DNA from: Octopus bimaculoides
Taxonomy: Eukaryota
Reading direction: 5' to 3'
Length of the DNA stretch: 42,330 bases
NCBI RefSeq assembly: GCF_001194135.2
Contig: NC_069005.1
Span: forward strand, 20,313,406 to 20,355,735
In this document: piece after piece, positions 1-11,900 of the stretch
How the letters are laid out: each line of letters opens with the position of its first letter
Position numbering within the stretch: position 1 is the first letter of the stretch
Translations under genes and position numbers: made by a program
Notes under the pieces: generated by a model
What the model was told of the DNA's origin: nothing
Databases searched by the model: none
The model's input: the letters and a program-made list of their open reading frames with translations, nothing else

Positions 1-329
1 TAAGACAATCACATTATTACCAGTAGCGAAAAGAATTGATGGCTTATTTGTAGTTGTGATAGGTACTATCAGTAGCAACAGTTAAGATGGTGAGACAACT
101 GTAGTCATTGACATGGCATGACCAGTTTGTGTGGGTGTGTGAAGGAATGGTGGAAGGAATGGTGTGAAGGAATGGTGTGAAGGAATGGTGGAAAATGTTG
201 CTTAACATGTTAACAATAGGAATTAAGTCTGGTTGGTGGGTAAGGTATTTTAAGAACGTTTTTGAATAGAGAAGGATGTAGTTAGCTGTCATGTGTGATA
301 GAATATGTTACAGTGATACAATGAATGTA

Positions 330-2100
330 TGTGAGAAAAAAGTTAAAAGCTAAGAAAAAGTGTCTAATGAGAATGGCTTCCTTTATTATCAGGTTATCAA
401 TTAGTTGCTAAACTGGATATTCCTACATCACTTTGTCAAAATATTTCTCAACAAAAAAGGTGTGTTTGTGTGGGTGTTCCTTAATCCAGTTATGAAGTTT
501 CCAGATTATGCTGCCATTCTTACGATCTTTTACGATGTACCATTTGTGCATGGAGACAGATGTTTGTCATAGATAAGGGAGTTTGTTAGCATACACATAT
601 TATTGGTTTCATGTAGTTTTTTTTTTTTTTTTGGCAGGGAGTTGATATGAAAAGGATCCAGAATGTGCCAGGTGTATGTTTAAACCTTCTCTGCAAATCG
701 CTTTGTTTTGAATGACAGTGGTAGTAGTGGACTAAGATTTGGTAGTCTAAGAAAGCATGTGTTCTTGTGGTGTTTGTTGTGTTTTACATTATGGATCTAG
801 TTGGTAATGAGTGAAAAATGTGGGGCACCCATTGGAATTTTTGGAAATAATGCAATCTAAAAGGCTTAATCAGTCACTTTGCTACATCTGTTATGAATGT
901 GAGCAAATTCATTTCAGACATAGTTGTGCTTAGTGACATCACCTTCTTATGAGACATAGTACAAAGTCAAATTGTGCAAGAAATCCTATTCCATCAGGGT
1001 GTAAACAGCGGAATCAATGTGGGTATCAATATTTTTGAGTGTATGAAAGACAGAATTACCTTCAATGAGGGGAGGATGTGAGAATAAGTATGTCATCAAC
1101 ATAACTTTATATTAACAGCTCAGCTCACAGATGCTTAGCTTGAAGTTTCACACATGAAAAAACCCTGATCATTTGGTTGATTACTTCTAATTAAGTGTCT
1201 GAATGATCAGATGTGTTTCTTGCATCCGTGAAACATCAAGTAATGTGTCTCTGAGTCAAACTATTTATGCAAAGATTTAAACTCCATGAAATGTTTTGAA
1301 TGCTGTTTTCTCAAAAAGGACTGACAGAAACCTCTTCATTAAAGTGTCCAGTATAGACAATCCTATGAGATCGCAGACATCTGTGCTGTCGAAAGCTCCC
1401 ATTGCCACTTTGAAGGGGCCAATCAGTTCAGTTTGTTTGACTCAGCCTGAACCTTTATTGAATAGCAGCATTCTCCTAATGTGCATAATTATGTTTATGT
1501 CCTTATTGCTAATGTCATTAAAATTCCTGGCAAACATAAATGCCTTAACTAGTAACCTTTTCGATATCGACAGATAAAAATTCACTCTATCAAAACTGGG
1601 TGAACTTTACTCTGCTTCTACTCTGATTGGCTTTAAATCATGAGATAACTTTATTGGTATTATGCTATGAGGAGAGATTGGATGCCTTCATTATGTCATT
1701 GTTGATGTTTCTTAGTATAAGTTTGTTCACCAGCCTGATTTCTGATTTAGCCTGGTTTATCAAGTGACATTTATGGTTAGAGGCAAAGTTTGGCTTCTGG
1801 TGTTTGATGGTGATAAAGGCATTTGTCATAGCTAACACTTCCATCCTATTGGCTGTACCTAGATTGTTGGCTTCATTGTTTATACTATTGTACTATTAAC
1901 AACACATACTCTTGTATGTATGTGGGGAAGAGCATCTATATTTCTATGTCTTGCTATTCTTTAAAAGCCTACCGTATGTGCATGTGTCTACCCTCTATAG
2001 TTTTTTTCTTGGTTGTGTGAGAGAAGAGTAAAGCACAATTCAAATTTTTTAGGAGATGTCAATCAGAAGAGCTCTTGCCCTGAAAAGAGCTAGGAGACTT
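330..2100 (-). mobile_element. Degenerate Penelope-like element (RT + GIY-YIG endonuclease remnant)
   Basis: Manual minus-strand translation gives AFITIKHQKPNFASNHKCHLINQAKSEI (~1790-1880), SISKRLLVKAFMFARNF..IIMHIRRMLLFN (~1460-1570) and FKVAMGAFDSTDVCDLIGLSIL (~1345-1415), which match PLE RT motifs. WYIVK..LHNWIKEH and LIIKEAILIR (~365-550) resemble a GIY-YIG domain. Many stops and frameshifts; ends approximate. Confidence 0.8.
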
Positions 2101-2529
2101 ACAGAATTTCAGTTTGGAGATGATGCTTAGCAGGTCTGCTTTGAAGGCTTTAAGGTCTTTGATCTTGGGTGAGAATCTCCTGGATTTGATGTCCCCTGAC
2201 AATCAAGCCTGGCTCCTTCACAAAACCAAAAGGAGAAGTGTGGGAAAAGGAGACAGAAACTCCAAAAATTAAACCAGAATTACAGGAATCCTATATCCTA
2301 GGGTGGGGATCCTGTCAGTGATGGTGTCATGTGAGAAAAAAATTACTGGTGGTTGTGCAACCTAAAATTCACTAACCCTCATCATGAGTGCTGAAATGTG
2401 AAATAAAAATAGAAATGAGAATGGCATGAATGAGGCTGGAACACCTTGTAAAGGTCTCTCGTCCCTGGGGGGGGGGTGCTACACAGGTGAGCAGTGTGGA
2501 CCCAGTCATCATCAAGCAACTGTTAAAAA

Positions 2530-3238
2530 AGGTGGATGAAAGAAATGAATGTAGTTGTAATGGAGTGCTACTTTCTGGGTGATCCAATAAATATTAATGA
2601 AGTACCCGCTAGGGGATATAGGAAAAGAACGCACAGGGCACGGAGCGAGAGAGGCCTATTTGAATTAAGTGAACAAAATCTGTGTGACCCAGCTAGAGCT
2701 ATTAGAAAGAATGAATGGTTATCTCCAGTTGAACTATAAAGCATTAAGAGACAGGTGCTTAGGGATAGTAAGACCAGCAGTGAACAGAAGGAGGAGGGAG
2801 AGAATGCAGATAGTGAAACTATGGCAGTTGAGTTAAAGGAAGAAAATGAGCATGAGGCTAAGATTATTGACCAGGAAAGTGGATGAGAGGACCGAGGAAC
2901 AAATATCACATTTTAAATGAAATCATTGATATTTGGACCTCTGGTGAACAGAATTTTCTTACAGGGTTTAAAAAAATAGACAGAAAGAAACTCAATGAAT
3001 GGGTCAGGAAGATAAATGATATCACTGGTGATATCAGGACTGACAACATCACAGACATCAACAATCTGATAAATGCAATCTCGATGTTTATCGTCTGGAA
3101 GTTAGGTTTGAAATCCAAAGGTAAATATCAACATAACCCGAAGGAACCATGGTGGAAAAAGACAATAACGCAGTCTGTTAACGAGACCAGAAAGCATATT
3201 AATATTCTGGAACGGAAAAAAAAGGGAAATGAAGTTCA
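2530..3238 (+). mobile_element. R4/Dong-clade non-LTR retrotransposon, N-terminal ORF fragment
   Basis: RGYRKR..ELSEQNLCD..RAIRKNEWLSPVEL and KKLNEWVRKIN..ITDINNLINA..KLGLK..KEPWWKK are typical of the N-terminal region of R4/Dong ORFs. The fragment runs into the gap at 3239. Confidence 0.75.
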
Positions 3239-4023
3239 NNNNNNNNNNNNNNNNNNNNNNNNNNNNNNNNNNNNNNNNNNNNNNNNNNNNNNNNNNNNNN
3301 NNNNNNNNNNNNNNNNNNNNNNNNNNNNNNNNNNNNNNNNNNNNNNNNNNNNNNNNNNNNNNNNNNNNNNNNNNNNNNNNNNNNNNNNNNNNNNNNNNNN
3401 NNNNNNNNNNNNNNNNNNNNNNNNNNNNNNNNNNNNNNNNNNNNNNNNNNNNNNNNNNNNNNNNNNNNNNNNNNNNNNNNNNNNNNNNNNNNNNNNNNNN
3501 NNNNNNNNNNNNNNNNNNNNNNNNNNNNNNNNNNNNNNNNNNNNNNNNNNNNNNNNNNNNNNNNNNNNNNNNNNNNNNNNNNNNNNNNNNNNNNNNNNNN
3601 NNNNNNNNNNNNNNNNNNNNNNNNNNNNNNNNNNNNNNNNNNNNNNNNNNNNNNNNNNNNNNNNNNNNNNNNNNNNNNNNNNNNNNNNNNNNNNNNNNNN
3701 NNNNNNNNNNNNNNNNNNNNNNNNNNNNNNNNNNNNNNNNNNNNNNNNNNNNNNNNNNNNNNNNNNNNNNNNNNNNNNNNNNNNNNNNNNNNNNNNNNNN
3801 NNNNNNNNNNNNNNNNNNNNNNNNNNNNNNNNNNNNNNNNNNNNNNNNNNNNNNNNNNNNNNNNNNNNNNNNNNNNNNNNNAATACTGAGTAGTGACATT
3901 CAAGTATGGTTGTGATGCATATACCTGGTGTACCCTTATCAGACAGGTAGTCATGATGGGTATACTGGACTTCGTATATTTTAATCCAGTGTTACTTTGA
4001 TGGCATGCACTGCTCTCTCACTC

Positions 4024-4095
<72 letters not shown>

Positions 4096-4128
4096 AATAA
4101 TAATAACAACAACAACAACAACAACAAT
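4024..4128 (+). repeat. (AAT)n/(AAC)n microsatellite
   Basis: Direct reading of the sequence. Confidence 0.98.
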
Positions 4129-4755
4129 AAGCACTACAAAATCAGCACTCTTGCTTATTGGTATGAACATCATCCCGAGCCAGTCGTTGAAGATAAAAAT
4201 GTCACTATCCTCTGAGATTTTCCAGTCAACACCGACAGAATGATCCAGGCTAATCGACTAGACATAGTTATTAAGGACAGGGAAGAAAATACTTGTAGAC
4301 TAATAAATGTAAGTGTTTCCACTGATAAAAATATATTTGTAAAGGGATTTGACAAATTAAGTAAATATAAGGACTTAGAAATTGAAATACAAAAGATGTG
4401 GCATCTTAAAGCAAGAACTGTTCTAGTTATTGTGGGTACCCTTGGTATGGTAAAAGAGGGGTGTCAGAAACATTGAGATAAGATCCCAGGAGAACCATGT
4501 CTCAGAGAAATGCAAAAGATTGTGCTGACAAGTACTGCCCACATCTTTAGAAAAACCCTATCCACTTAAATGTCTGTGTTGTATTACATGAAGATATTTC
4601 GCTCCTGCCCCTGCCATTTACCCTCTCCAAGCTTTCAGACATACTGTAATATCTTTTATCCTTCACTCGCCCTAGGATGCTGAGTGTGTCTCGGCAAGTG
4701 ATTGTAACAAACATGCAGATTAAAAGTAAAATGATAACAATAATAATAATAATAA
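4129..4755 (+). mobile_element. R4/Dong 3' end: restriction-like endonuclease domain, 3'UTR and (TAA)n tail
   Basis: WYEHHPEPVVEDKNVTIL*DFPVNTDRMIQANRLDIVIKD..INVSV..KLSKYKDLEIEIQKMW..VIVGTLG..QKIVLTSTAHIFRK is the RLE (PD..D/E-K) C-terminus, followed by a 3'UTR and TAA repeats. Confidence 0.9.
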
Positions 4756-5050
4756 CTCAAATGTGGAGCCTAAAAACAGAAACAATTCCTATTATAGTAG
4801 ATGCCTTAGGTATGATTCAGACAAATGCATAACAAAAAAAACTAGGACTTTCAAGTATTTATACAATACAGAAAATAGCACTACTAGGCACTGCAAACAT
4901 CCTACGTAAAGCACTTTCAATATATAGTGAAAATAAGACCACCACACCAAACCACAGCGCATACCCAAGGCACACAGAACTGCACTTGATAGTGCAGTGA
5001 AAGCACATGATAAAAATAAGACTACTGAATAATAATAATAATGATAATAA
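4756..5050 (+). mobile_element. Second, 5'-truncated R4/Dong 3' end
   Basis: TQMWSLKTETIPIIVDALGMI..IQKIALLGTANILRKALSI*, then a different 3'UTR and a TAA tail. Confidence 0.85.
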
Positions 5051-5054
5051 CCCA

Positions 5055-6210
5055 TAACCCCAAAAATTTTTACAGAAAGATAGGGAAAATACCAGTTACA
5101 GTAAAGTCTGTCCCAACAAAAGAAGAAGAGCAGGAATTTTGGAATAAAATTTGGGCAGAAGAATGAAAAGGCCCCCTTGGATTAATAGAATATGTACAGA
5201 CTTAAACTCCTTAGAAGAGCAAAAGTGGGAGGGTATCAAGGTAGAGGATGTAAAATCTGCTCTCGGGAGGTCAAGCAAATGGAAGTCTCCAGGAAAGGAG
5301 AAAATTCCAAACTTCTGGTTGAATACCTTCCCAGAGAGCCATTCTAACAAAACTTTACAACAATGTTTTGCAACAACCAAGTATGATTTCCTCTTGGCTA
5401 GTTAATGGTGTAACATTCCTACTTCCAAAAAAATGAAGAAACAATTATAGATTCATAACCTGCTTAACAACAATGTATAAAATACTAACATTTGTCCTGA
5501 ATGAATATACCTATAGTTTTTTAATAGAAAGTAGCATATTCCCTAATGAGCAAAAAAGATGTAAATGTGGGTCCTATGGTTGTAGAGATCAGCTACACAT
5601 CAATAAGATGATCTTGGAAGATTGTCACAAATGACACAAACACTTGTTGATAGCCTGGATAGACTATAAAAAAGCTTTTGATAGTCTACCACATAGCTGG
5701 ATTAAGAAATGTCTGGAGATTTATAAAATAGCAGCTACTCTATAAAACTTCTTGTCTGTAAGTATGAGATCATGGAGAACCACACTGACTTTGAACAGCG
5801 ACAATGAATCTCTCAATGCTGGAGATGTAAGAATTTCTTGAGGCATTTTCCAAGGTGACTCTCTATCACCACTCTTCTTTTGTCTAGCCTTAATGCCTCT
5901 CTTGAAAATGCTCAATGATGTACAATACATTTATAAAATGTTTGATAAAAATATAAATCATCTCATTTATACAGATGGTTTAAAGCTCTTTGCAAAAAAT
6001 GACCAACAACTACAGGGTTTACTAGCGATTGTTAAACAATTCAGTGATCACATCAGGATGCAATTTGGCTTCGATAAATGTGCAAAAGCTACCTTTATCA
6101 AAGGAAAAATGACAGAAACATCTAATGTTAATCTTGACCAGTAGAATGTCATAAAGGAGTTAGAACAAGCAGAGAGCTACAAATACCTAGGGGTATTTGA
6201 AGGGGATGGG
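5055..6210 (+). mobile_element. R4/Dong reverse transcriptase fragment (pseudogenised)
   Basis: WKSPGKEKIPNFWL, AWIDYKKAFDSLPHSWI, GIFQGDSLSPLLFCLALMPL, NHLIYTDGLKLFAK and YKYLGV motifs, with stops and frameshifts. Confidence 0.92.
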
Positions 6211-6430
6211 TAATAATAATAATAATAATAATAATCCTTTCTACTAAAGGCACAAGACCTGAAATTTAGGGGGGAAGAAGGCTAGTCAATTACATCGATC
6301 CCAGTATTTCACTGGTACTTAATTTATCAACCCTGAAAGGACGAAAGGCAAAGTTGATCTCAGTGGAATTTGAACCCAGAATGTAGTGACAGGCAAAATA
6401 CCAGTGTGCTAACTATTCTGATAGTTCACC
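6211..6430 (-). mobile_element. tRNA-derived SINE (octopus-type), (TTA)n tail
   Basis: Homologous to 33778-34005 (AATAATAAT..GGCACAAG..ACTGGTACTTA..GGAATTTGAAC); reverse-complement B box present. Confidence 0.8.
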
Positions 6431-6435
6431 GAATA

Positions 6436-6685
6436 ATAAATGCCCCGATGCAGTACCAGACACTGGTTCTCATGTTTTGTCTTGGTATAAAAGATGGGTT
6501 ACAGCAAATATTCTGCTCAAGACCACAGATTTGCTTGTCAGTTGTTTGACCTTAACCAGTTGAGCATGTCCCTTGGTGGCTGTCAATATGTGCATCTCTG
6601 ATCACGAGCAGAAGTAGTGGGGGAGCATCATAGCTATGTGTTGAGAGGAATTCTTTGGGGTTTGAATAATTCACGCACGTGATAT
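6436..6685. repeat. Interspersed repeat fragment (SINE-like)
   Basis: Recalled resemblance to an abundant octopus repeat (GAGCAGAAGTAGTGGGGGAGCATCATAGC..GGTTTGAATAATTCAC); not verified. Confidence 0.4.
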
Positions 6686-7158
6686 CGGTTGAAATATAGT
6701 TGCATTATCCTTCTTATCTACCAGTAAGGTGCATTATATTCATATTTTCTGAATGATATTAAAATTTCTAAAATGCCAATTTATTTGGCGTTTTTACTTC
6801 ATAGTTTGTTTTCTTTCTTTTTTGGTGGCTATTTTACGTACTTATACCAAAAGATGATTGGAAAATAAAGAGGTAAAAGGCACAATTTTGACTAAAACTA
6901 AAAGTTATGCATAAAAAAATATGCCATAAATAAGTTAAATTAATGGCATTCTTTCTTTTTGTGATCAGAAAATAGAAAACATTTAAAAGAAACACAGACA
7001 CAGTGAGATAGACAAAGGCCATAGTCTAGGTTTTAGTTGGTGTATCACAAGTGAATTTCAGGAAAATGTGTGAATGTAGTTGGGTGTTTGTTTAATTCTT
7101 CTTCCTCGCAGCAGAAAATTAAAGTGAAAGTATCAACACTATTCAGTAATGTGTAAAC

Positions 7159-7495
7159 CAGTGGTTCTCAACTGGGGTCCATATGGCCCCTGAGGGTCCT
7201 TATAAGATTTTGGGGTGTTCACACAACAAAATAGTAAATTGGGGACCTACAATAATATTCTAAGGGCCTCTGAAAAAAATTTGCTTTAGATGTATGTATT
7301 GGTATGTATGGAAGAAACAGTTAAGTTTCTTTCACATAGTTCAACCTACACAAGGGAATGTATGAAGAACAAAATAAGAGGTTTGAAAGAAGTTTCTATA
7401 AAACTAGTTTTTAAACGTCAAATGGATATGGAGACCCAGCAGAATAAAATAGTAATCAAAGGGGTCCATAGGTAAAAAATGGTTGAGAACCTCTG
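7159..7495. mobile_element. hAT (Charlie-like) MITE
   Basis: TIRs CAGTGGTTCTCAAC (7159-7172) and GTTGAGAACCTCTG (7482-7495). 8-bp TSD GTGTAAAC / GTCTAAAC (7/8 match). Confidence 0.9.
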
Positions 7496-7945
7496 GTCTA
7501 AACAAACAGGTAGAAATGGCACCCTACACTTACTTTCTCCCCCATCCTCAATCTCTTCAAATTCCTATGTTTTCAACAATGAAGATTACGATTTGATTTT
7601 GCATGCCAACTGCTTATGGTAATTTTCACTTTGTGATCATAAACCGAAAAAAAGCCAAATTGATTAAATAGTTTTTCTTTTAATTCTGATAAGACACGAC
7701 TAGTACGCAATTTGACTAAACATGAGAAAAATATTTATATCATGTTTTATTCAATAGCTTAAACAAAGCAATGGAACAAACAAAAAATATATATTAAACC
7801 AGTCATTTATTTAGGTTTCCTGTTTACCTTATTTCTCCATTAGGTTCTGTTACTGCTTTGTTGTAGGTCAACAAAGGTCTCATAACGTTAAATTCTTCAC
7901 ACTTTGCAATACCTGGCCATATCAAATTCATAAACTTTTCTATTT

Positions 7946-8110
7946 TACGAGGGTGGGCTGAATAATTAATAGGCTGACTATGAAGGCGTGATGCTAGTGA
8001 TCCATTAGTTTCAACTCTTATTAATAACTGAATTGCTTCTTTCTGACAACTGAAGACTTCAGAAGTAAGTAGTAGTAACGTCGCTTGAAAATGGACAAAA
8101 TTTGGTATAA
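7946..8110 (+). mobile_element. Mariner 5' end fragment
   Basis: Starts TA-CGAGGG..AGGCTGAC (mariner TIR-like) and ends near the transposase start ATGGACAAAATTTGG. Confidence 0.55.
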
Positions 8111-8572
8111 ATAGATACCCACAAACACTTTTACATACACATATATACAAACAGATCTTCTCCCCCCAACACACATATATACTTGAGCAAACCTAAAGTT
8201 GCAGTCATTCCAGTCATGGCCATCCTGCTTTTTTTTTTTTTTTTTTTTTNNNNNNNNNNTTTTTTTTTTTTTTTCTTTTCAGATGTAGTATATCTAGGAT
8301 TAAATCATTTAATGACTTTCGTTGTAGGCTGAATGTAATTTGAGGAAAATTTGGCTGCTATTTCTAGCAAGTCATGCAGTATCTGTTTATCATCAATAGA
8401 GTTACATTAAATATTAAACTGAGCCTGAACGACTACTTTTAAGATACATGGCGAATTCTATAAATATGCCTGTTCCTAGTATCATAGTACTAATAGTAGC
8501 ATTTTCGGTTGTATATTTAATTTGATATATATCTTTCGTTTCAGTCATTAAACTGTGGCCATACTGGGACAC

Positions 8573-8723
8573 TATTCTTTTATTCTTTTACTTGTTTGAG
8601 TCATTTGACAGTAGCCATACTGGAGCACCGCCTTTAGTCGAACAATTCGACCCCAGGACTTAATCTTTGTAAGCCTAGTACTTATTCTATCGGTCTCTTT
8701 TGCCGAACCGTTAATTTACGGGG
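8573..8723 (-). mobile_element. SINE 3' half (continues at 10990-11140), interrupted by the foldback element
   Basis: Reverse complement of the 3' half of the full SINE at 19745-20145. Confidence 0.88.
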
Positions 8724-9076
8724 AAGGGTCTAGTTTAACACCGGACCACAAAAAAAAAAAGAAAAAAAAGTCTAATAGGTGAAAAAAAAAATGTGTAGTA
8801 AACGAATCTGAAAACAAAAATTTGTGCAAATGAACTGGGGGAGGGAGGGGAGAGGACTTTCGGAAAATTCACACGATCCGAATTTTTTCCTCATAACTTT
8901 TATAGGAAAATGGTTATCTTTTTGTGAAATTTGATAAATACTTTCCAAACATCATAGATTATGATTATAAAGAAATTTGTGAGGAAAATTTTTCTGGCGG
9001 GGTGAGGAGAGGAGTTTCGAAAAAACAGTGGTCTTNNNNNNNNNNTTGCCGAACCGTTAATTTACGGGGAAGGGTC

Positions 9077-10951
9077 TAGTTTAACACCGGACCACAAAAA
9101 AAAAAAGAAAAAAAAGTCTAATAGGTGAAAAAAAAAATGTGTAGTAAACGAATCTGAAAACAAAAATTTGTGCAAATGAACTGGGGGAGGGAGGGGAGAG
9201 GACTTTCGGAAAATTCACACGATCCGAATTTTTTCCTCATAACTTTTATAGGAAAATGGTTATCTTTTTGTGAAATTTGATAAATACTTTCCAAACATCA
9301 TAGATTATGATTATAAAGAAATTTGTGAGGAAAATTTTTCTGGCGGGGTGAGGAGAGGAGTTTCGAAAAAACAGTGGTCTTCCACATAAATTCATTGTTT
9401 TTTACTCTCCCCATGCCCATTCCAAACCGATTTTGGCCAATTTTTTTACACTTAAAAACTATGGGGGGAGCCTTTTGGGTAAAAAAAAGAAAAAGAAATT
9501 GTAGATATTTTCAGAGGAAAAAGTGTGATTTAAGGGAGATTTGGCTGTCGTTTCTAGCACATCCCAAGACAACCTTCCTCGCTTCTTTCTCACTTCTAGC
9601 ATGTATTGATGTTTTTCAATATTTTTCTCCCCATAGACGCATTTATAGTATATAAAAAAAAAAAAATTTGAAAATTTATGATTTTTTTTTTCAATCCCTC
9701 TCCCTGCTCCTGATTGTTTCTGGTTATAATTTAAAATATTGGAGAGCCTGAGGATATTTTTGGAAATTTCTCCACAGTGATTTTTTAAAAAATAGGTATA
9801 TAAAAGATAATTTATTTCAATAGTATACTTTTCTGTTAGAAAATGGGCACTATTTAAATACAGAGGTCCCGATGCATCTATGTAAGGATATGTTTTTACA
9901 GTGCACACTCGGTAGGGTTAGTTTTAGTTTTAGTTAGGATTAGAATTAGTTAGGGTTAGGGTTAGTTTTAGGATTAGTTAGGGTTAGGGTTAGTTAGGGT
10001 TAGGATTAGTTTTAGGGTTAGGGTTACGTAGATGCGCCAGGACCTCTGTATTTAAGTAATACCAGAAAATGTTTATTTCTTACACACACACGGCCTTGCT
10101 TAATAAAGATAGGGGTAAAAATTTAAATTACCATTTTTTTCGTTATATATGCTTATATCCCACCAATGGAGCACGCGTGTAGTCCATTGATGTCATCATT
10201 AAGGCGGAGAGGAATTTTTAAAAAAATCATAAATTTTCTAAATCGTTTTTTTTNNNNNNNNNNNNNNNNNNNNNNNNNNNNNNNNNNNNNNNNNNNNNNN
10301 NNNNNNNNNNNNNNNNNNNNNNNNNNNNNNNNNNNNNNNNNNNNNNNNNNNNNNNNNNNNNNNNNNNNNNNNNNNNNNNNNNNNNNNNNNNNNNNNNNNN
10401 NNNNNNNNNNNNNNNNNNNNNNNNNNNNNNNNNNNNNNNNNNNNNNNNNNNNNNNNNNNNNNNNNNNNNNNNNNNNNNNNNNNNNNNNNNNNNNNNNNNN
10501 NNNNNNNNNNNNNNNNNNNNNNNNNNNNNNNNNNNNNNNNNNNNNNNNNNNNNNNNNNNNNNNNNNNNNNNNNNNNNNNNNNNNNNNNNNNNNNNNNNNN
10601 NNNNNNNNNNNNNNNNNNNNNNNNNNNNNNNNNNNNNNNNNNNNNNNNNNNNNNNNNNNNNNNNNNNNNNNNNNNNNNNNNNNNNNNNNNNNNNNNNNNN
10701 NNNNNNNNNNNNNNNNNNNNNNNNNNNNNNNNNNNNNNNNNNNNNNNNNNNNNNNNNNNNNNNNNNNNNNNNGATATCCATTTTCCTGAAAGTTATGAGG
10801 AAAAAATCGGATCGTGTAAATTTTCCGAAAGTCCTCCCCCCACCCTCGGTTCGTTTGCGCAACTTTTTGTTTTCAGATTCGTTTACTATGCATTTTTTTT
10901 TACACTTATTACACTTTTTTTTTTTTGTTTTGGTGGCCGGATGTTAAACTG
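9077..10951. mobile_element. Foldback / long-TIR element with telomere-like core (unclassified)
   Basis: 9077-~9280 is the reverse complement of 10773-10951, and 9660-9715 pairs with 10198-10253; the rest of the right arm lies in the N gap. The left end also appears at 8731 because of the assembly duplication. Confidence 0.8.
9912..10026 (+). repeat. Degenerate (TTAGGG)n telomere-like array between 32-bp inverted repeats (9853-9884 / 10025-10056)
   Basis: TTAGGG/TTAGGA/TTAGTT units. Arms TTTAAATACAGAGGTCCCGATGCATCTATGTA and its reverse complement match at about 27/32. Confidence 0.9.
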
Positions 10952-10989
10952 AATATTAACCAGGGCTGGTGGGTTAATATCTAGTTGAC

Positions 10990-11140
10990 ACACACGCACA
11001 CTCACACACGACGGGCTTCTTTCAGTTTCCGTCTATCAAATCCACTCAAGGTATTGGTCAGCTCGACGCCGTAGAAGACATTTGCCCAAGGTGCCATGCA
11101 GTGGGACTAAACACGGAACCATGTGGTTGGTAAGCACAAA
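10990..11140 (-). mobile_element. SINE 5' half (tRNA-like head), partner of 8573-8723
   Basis: Reverse complement of 19760-19910. Confidence 0.85.
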
Positions 11141-11570
11141 TTTAGCTGATATTTTTAGGGAGTCGAAAAACCGTTAAAGCGCAGGTTTTTTCAGTTGAAC
11201 GTTTACTTTATGCTATGTGTACTTTATCCCTACATCTAGCACACACCTTTCGTCTCCTACATTAGTAGTTGTCATGAAGTTTTCCACATGACTGACTGCT
11301 TGATTGAAATCAGAAGCCCACCTACTGATACATGCATGCATACATACATACATACAAGTGTGTGTATGTGTGGGGGTGTAGGTACGCACACACACACACA
11401 CATACAAAACTTAAATAGAAGGCAACCTACATTTAAAAACAACAGCAGTGCTGGTAGTAGTAGTGTGTATATGGATGTGTGTGTGCGTGTGCGCGCGCGC
11501 ATCTGTGGGTTAGAAACGAATGAAAAACTGAGAACAAGTTTCTGTTGAGATAATATTAATTTCTTGACCA

Positions 11571-11601
11571 ATGGTGCATCAAAATTACCATCACATGACA
11601 G
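11571..11601 (+). other. Candidate upstream exon end of the yellow-like gene (donor CAG|GTAAAT at 11602, acceptor TTTTCAG|TA at 11895)
   Basis: Good donor and acceptor consensus. Splicing would put ATG 11571 in frame with ATG 11901. Inference only. Confidence 0.4.
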
Positions 11602-11900
11602 GTAAATCGTTAAATCCATGGTAACCAGGGCACCTACCTACTATATCAAAAGAAAAGAAAAAAGAAAAAATCCTATCAAGCAAATGTTATTCAGCGACTT
11701 CAAATATCAACCTGTTGACATAACACTTAGCCACGTACTTTGTGTGAGTTCTATATACAATCTGCTGTCTGGGACATACACTGCTGTCACCATTGATACA
11801 ATCATTACTGTTACAAATAACCCGCTCAGGAAACTCTATTAAAACTTTTATTTTCTAAATTTTAAAGTATACAAAAACGGTAAATATATTTTCAGTACAC

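Noticed and set aside
1085-1110. Minus-strand YVDD suggesting a second RT
   Set aside because: Isolated motif inside a Penelope-like element whose other motifs indicate a different catalytic context; probably chance.
2285-2330. Possible hammerhead at the 5' end of the Penelope-like element (minus strand CCATCA-CTGACAG-GATCC..GGAT)
   Set aside because: No GAAA box and no convincing stem I partner; too decayed to call.
3997-4215. Poly-Asn ORF
   Set aside because: Translation of an (AAT)n microsatellite fused to a Dong fragment.
8700-9381. Exact 336-bp tandem duplication (8700-9035 = 9046-9381)
   Set aside because: The copies are identical and separated by a 10-N placeholder, which points to an unmerged contig overlap rather than biology.
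9912-10026. True telomere or chromosome fusion site
   Set aside because: Short, degenerate, single-orientation array embedded in an inverted-repeat element.
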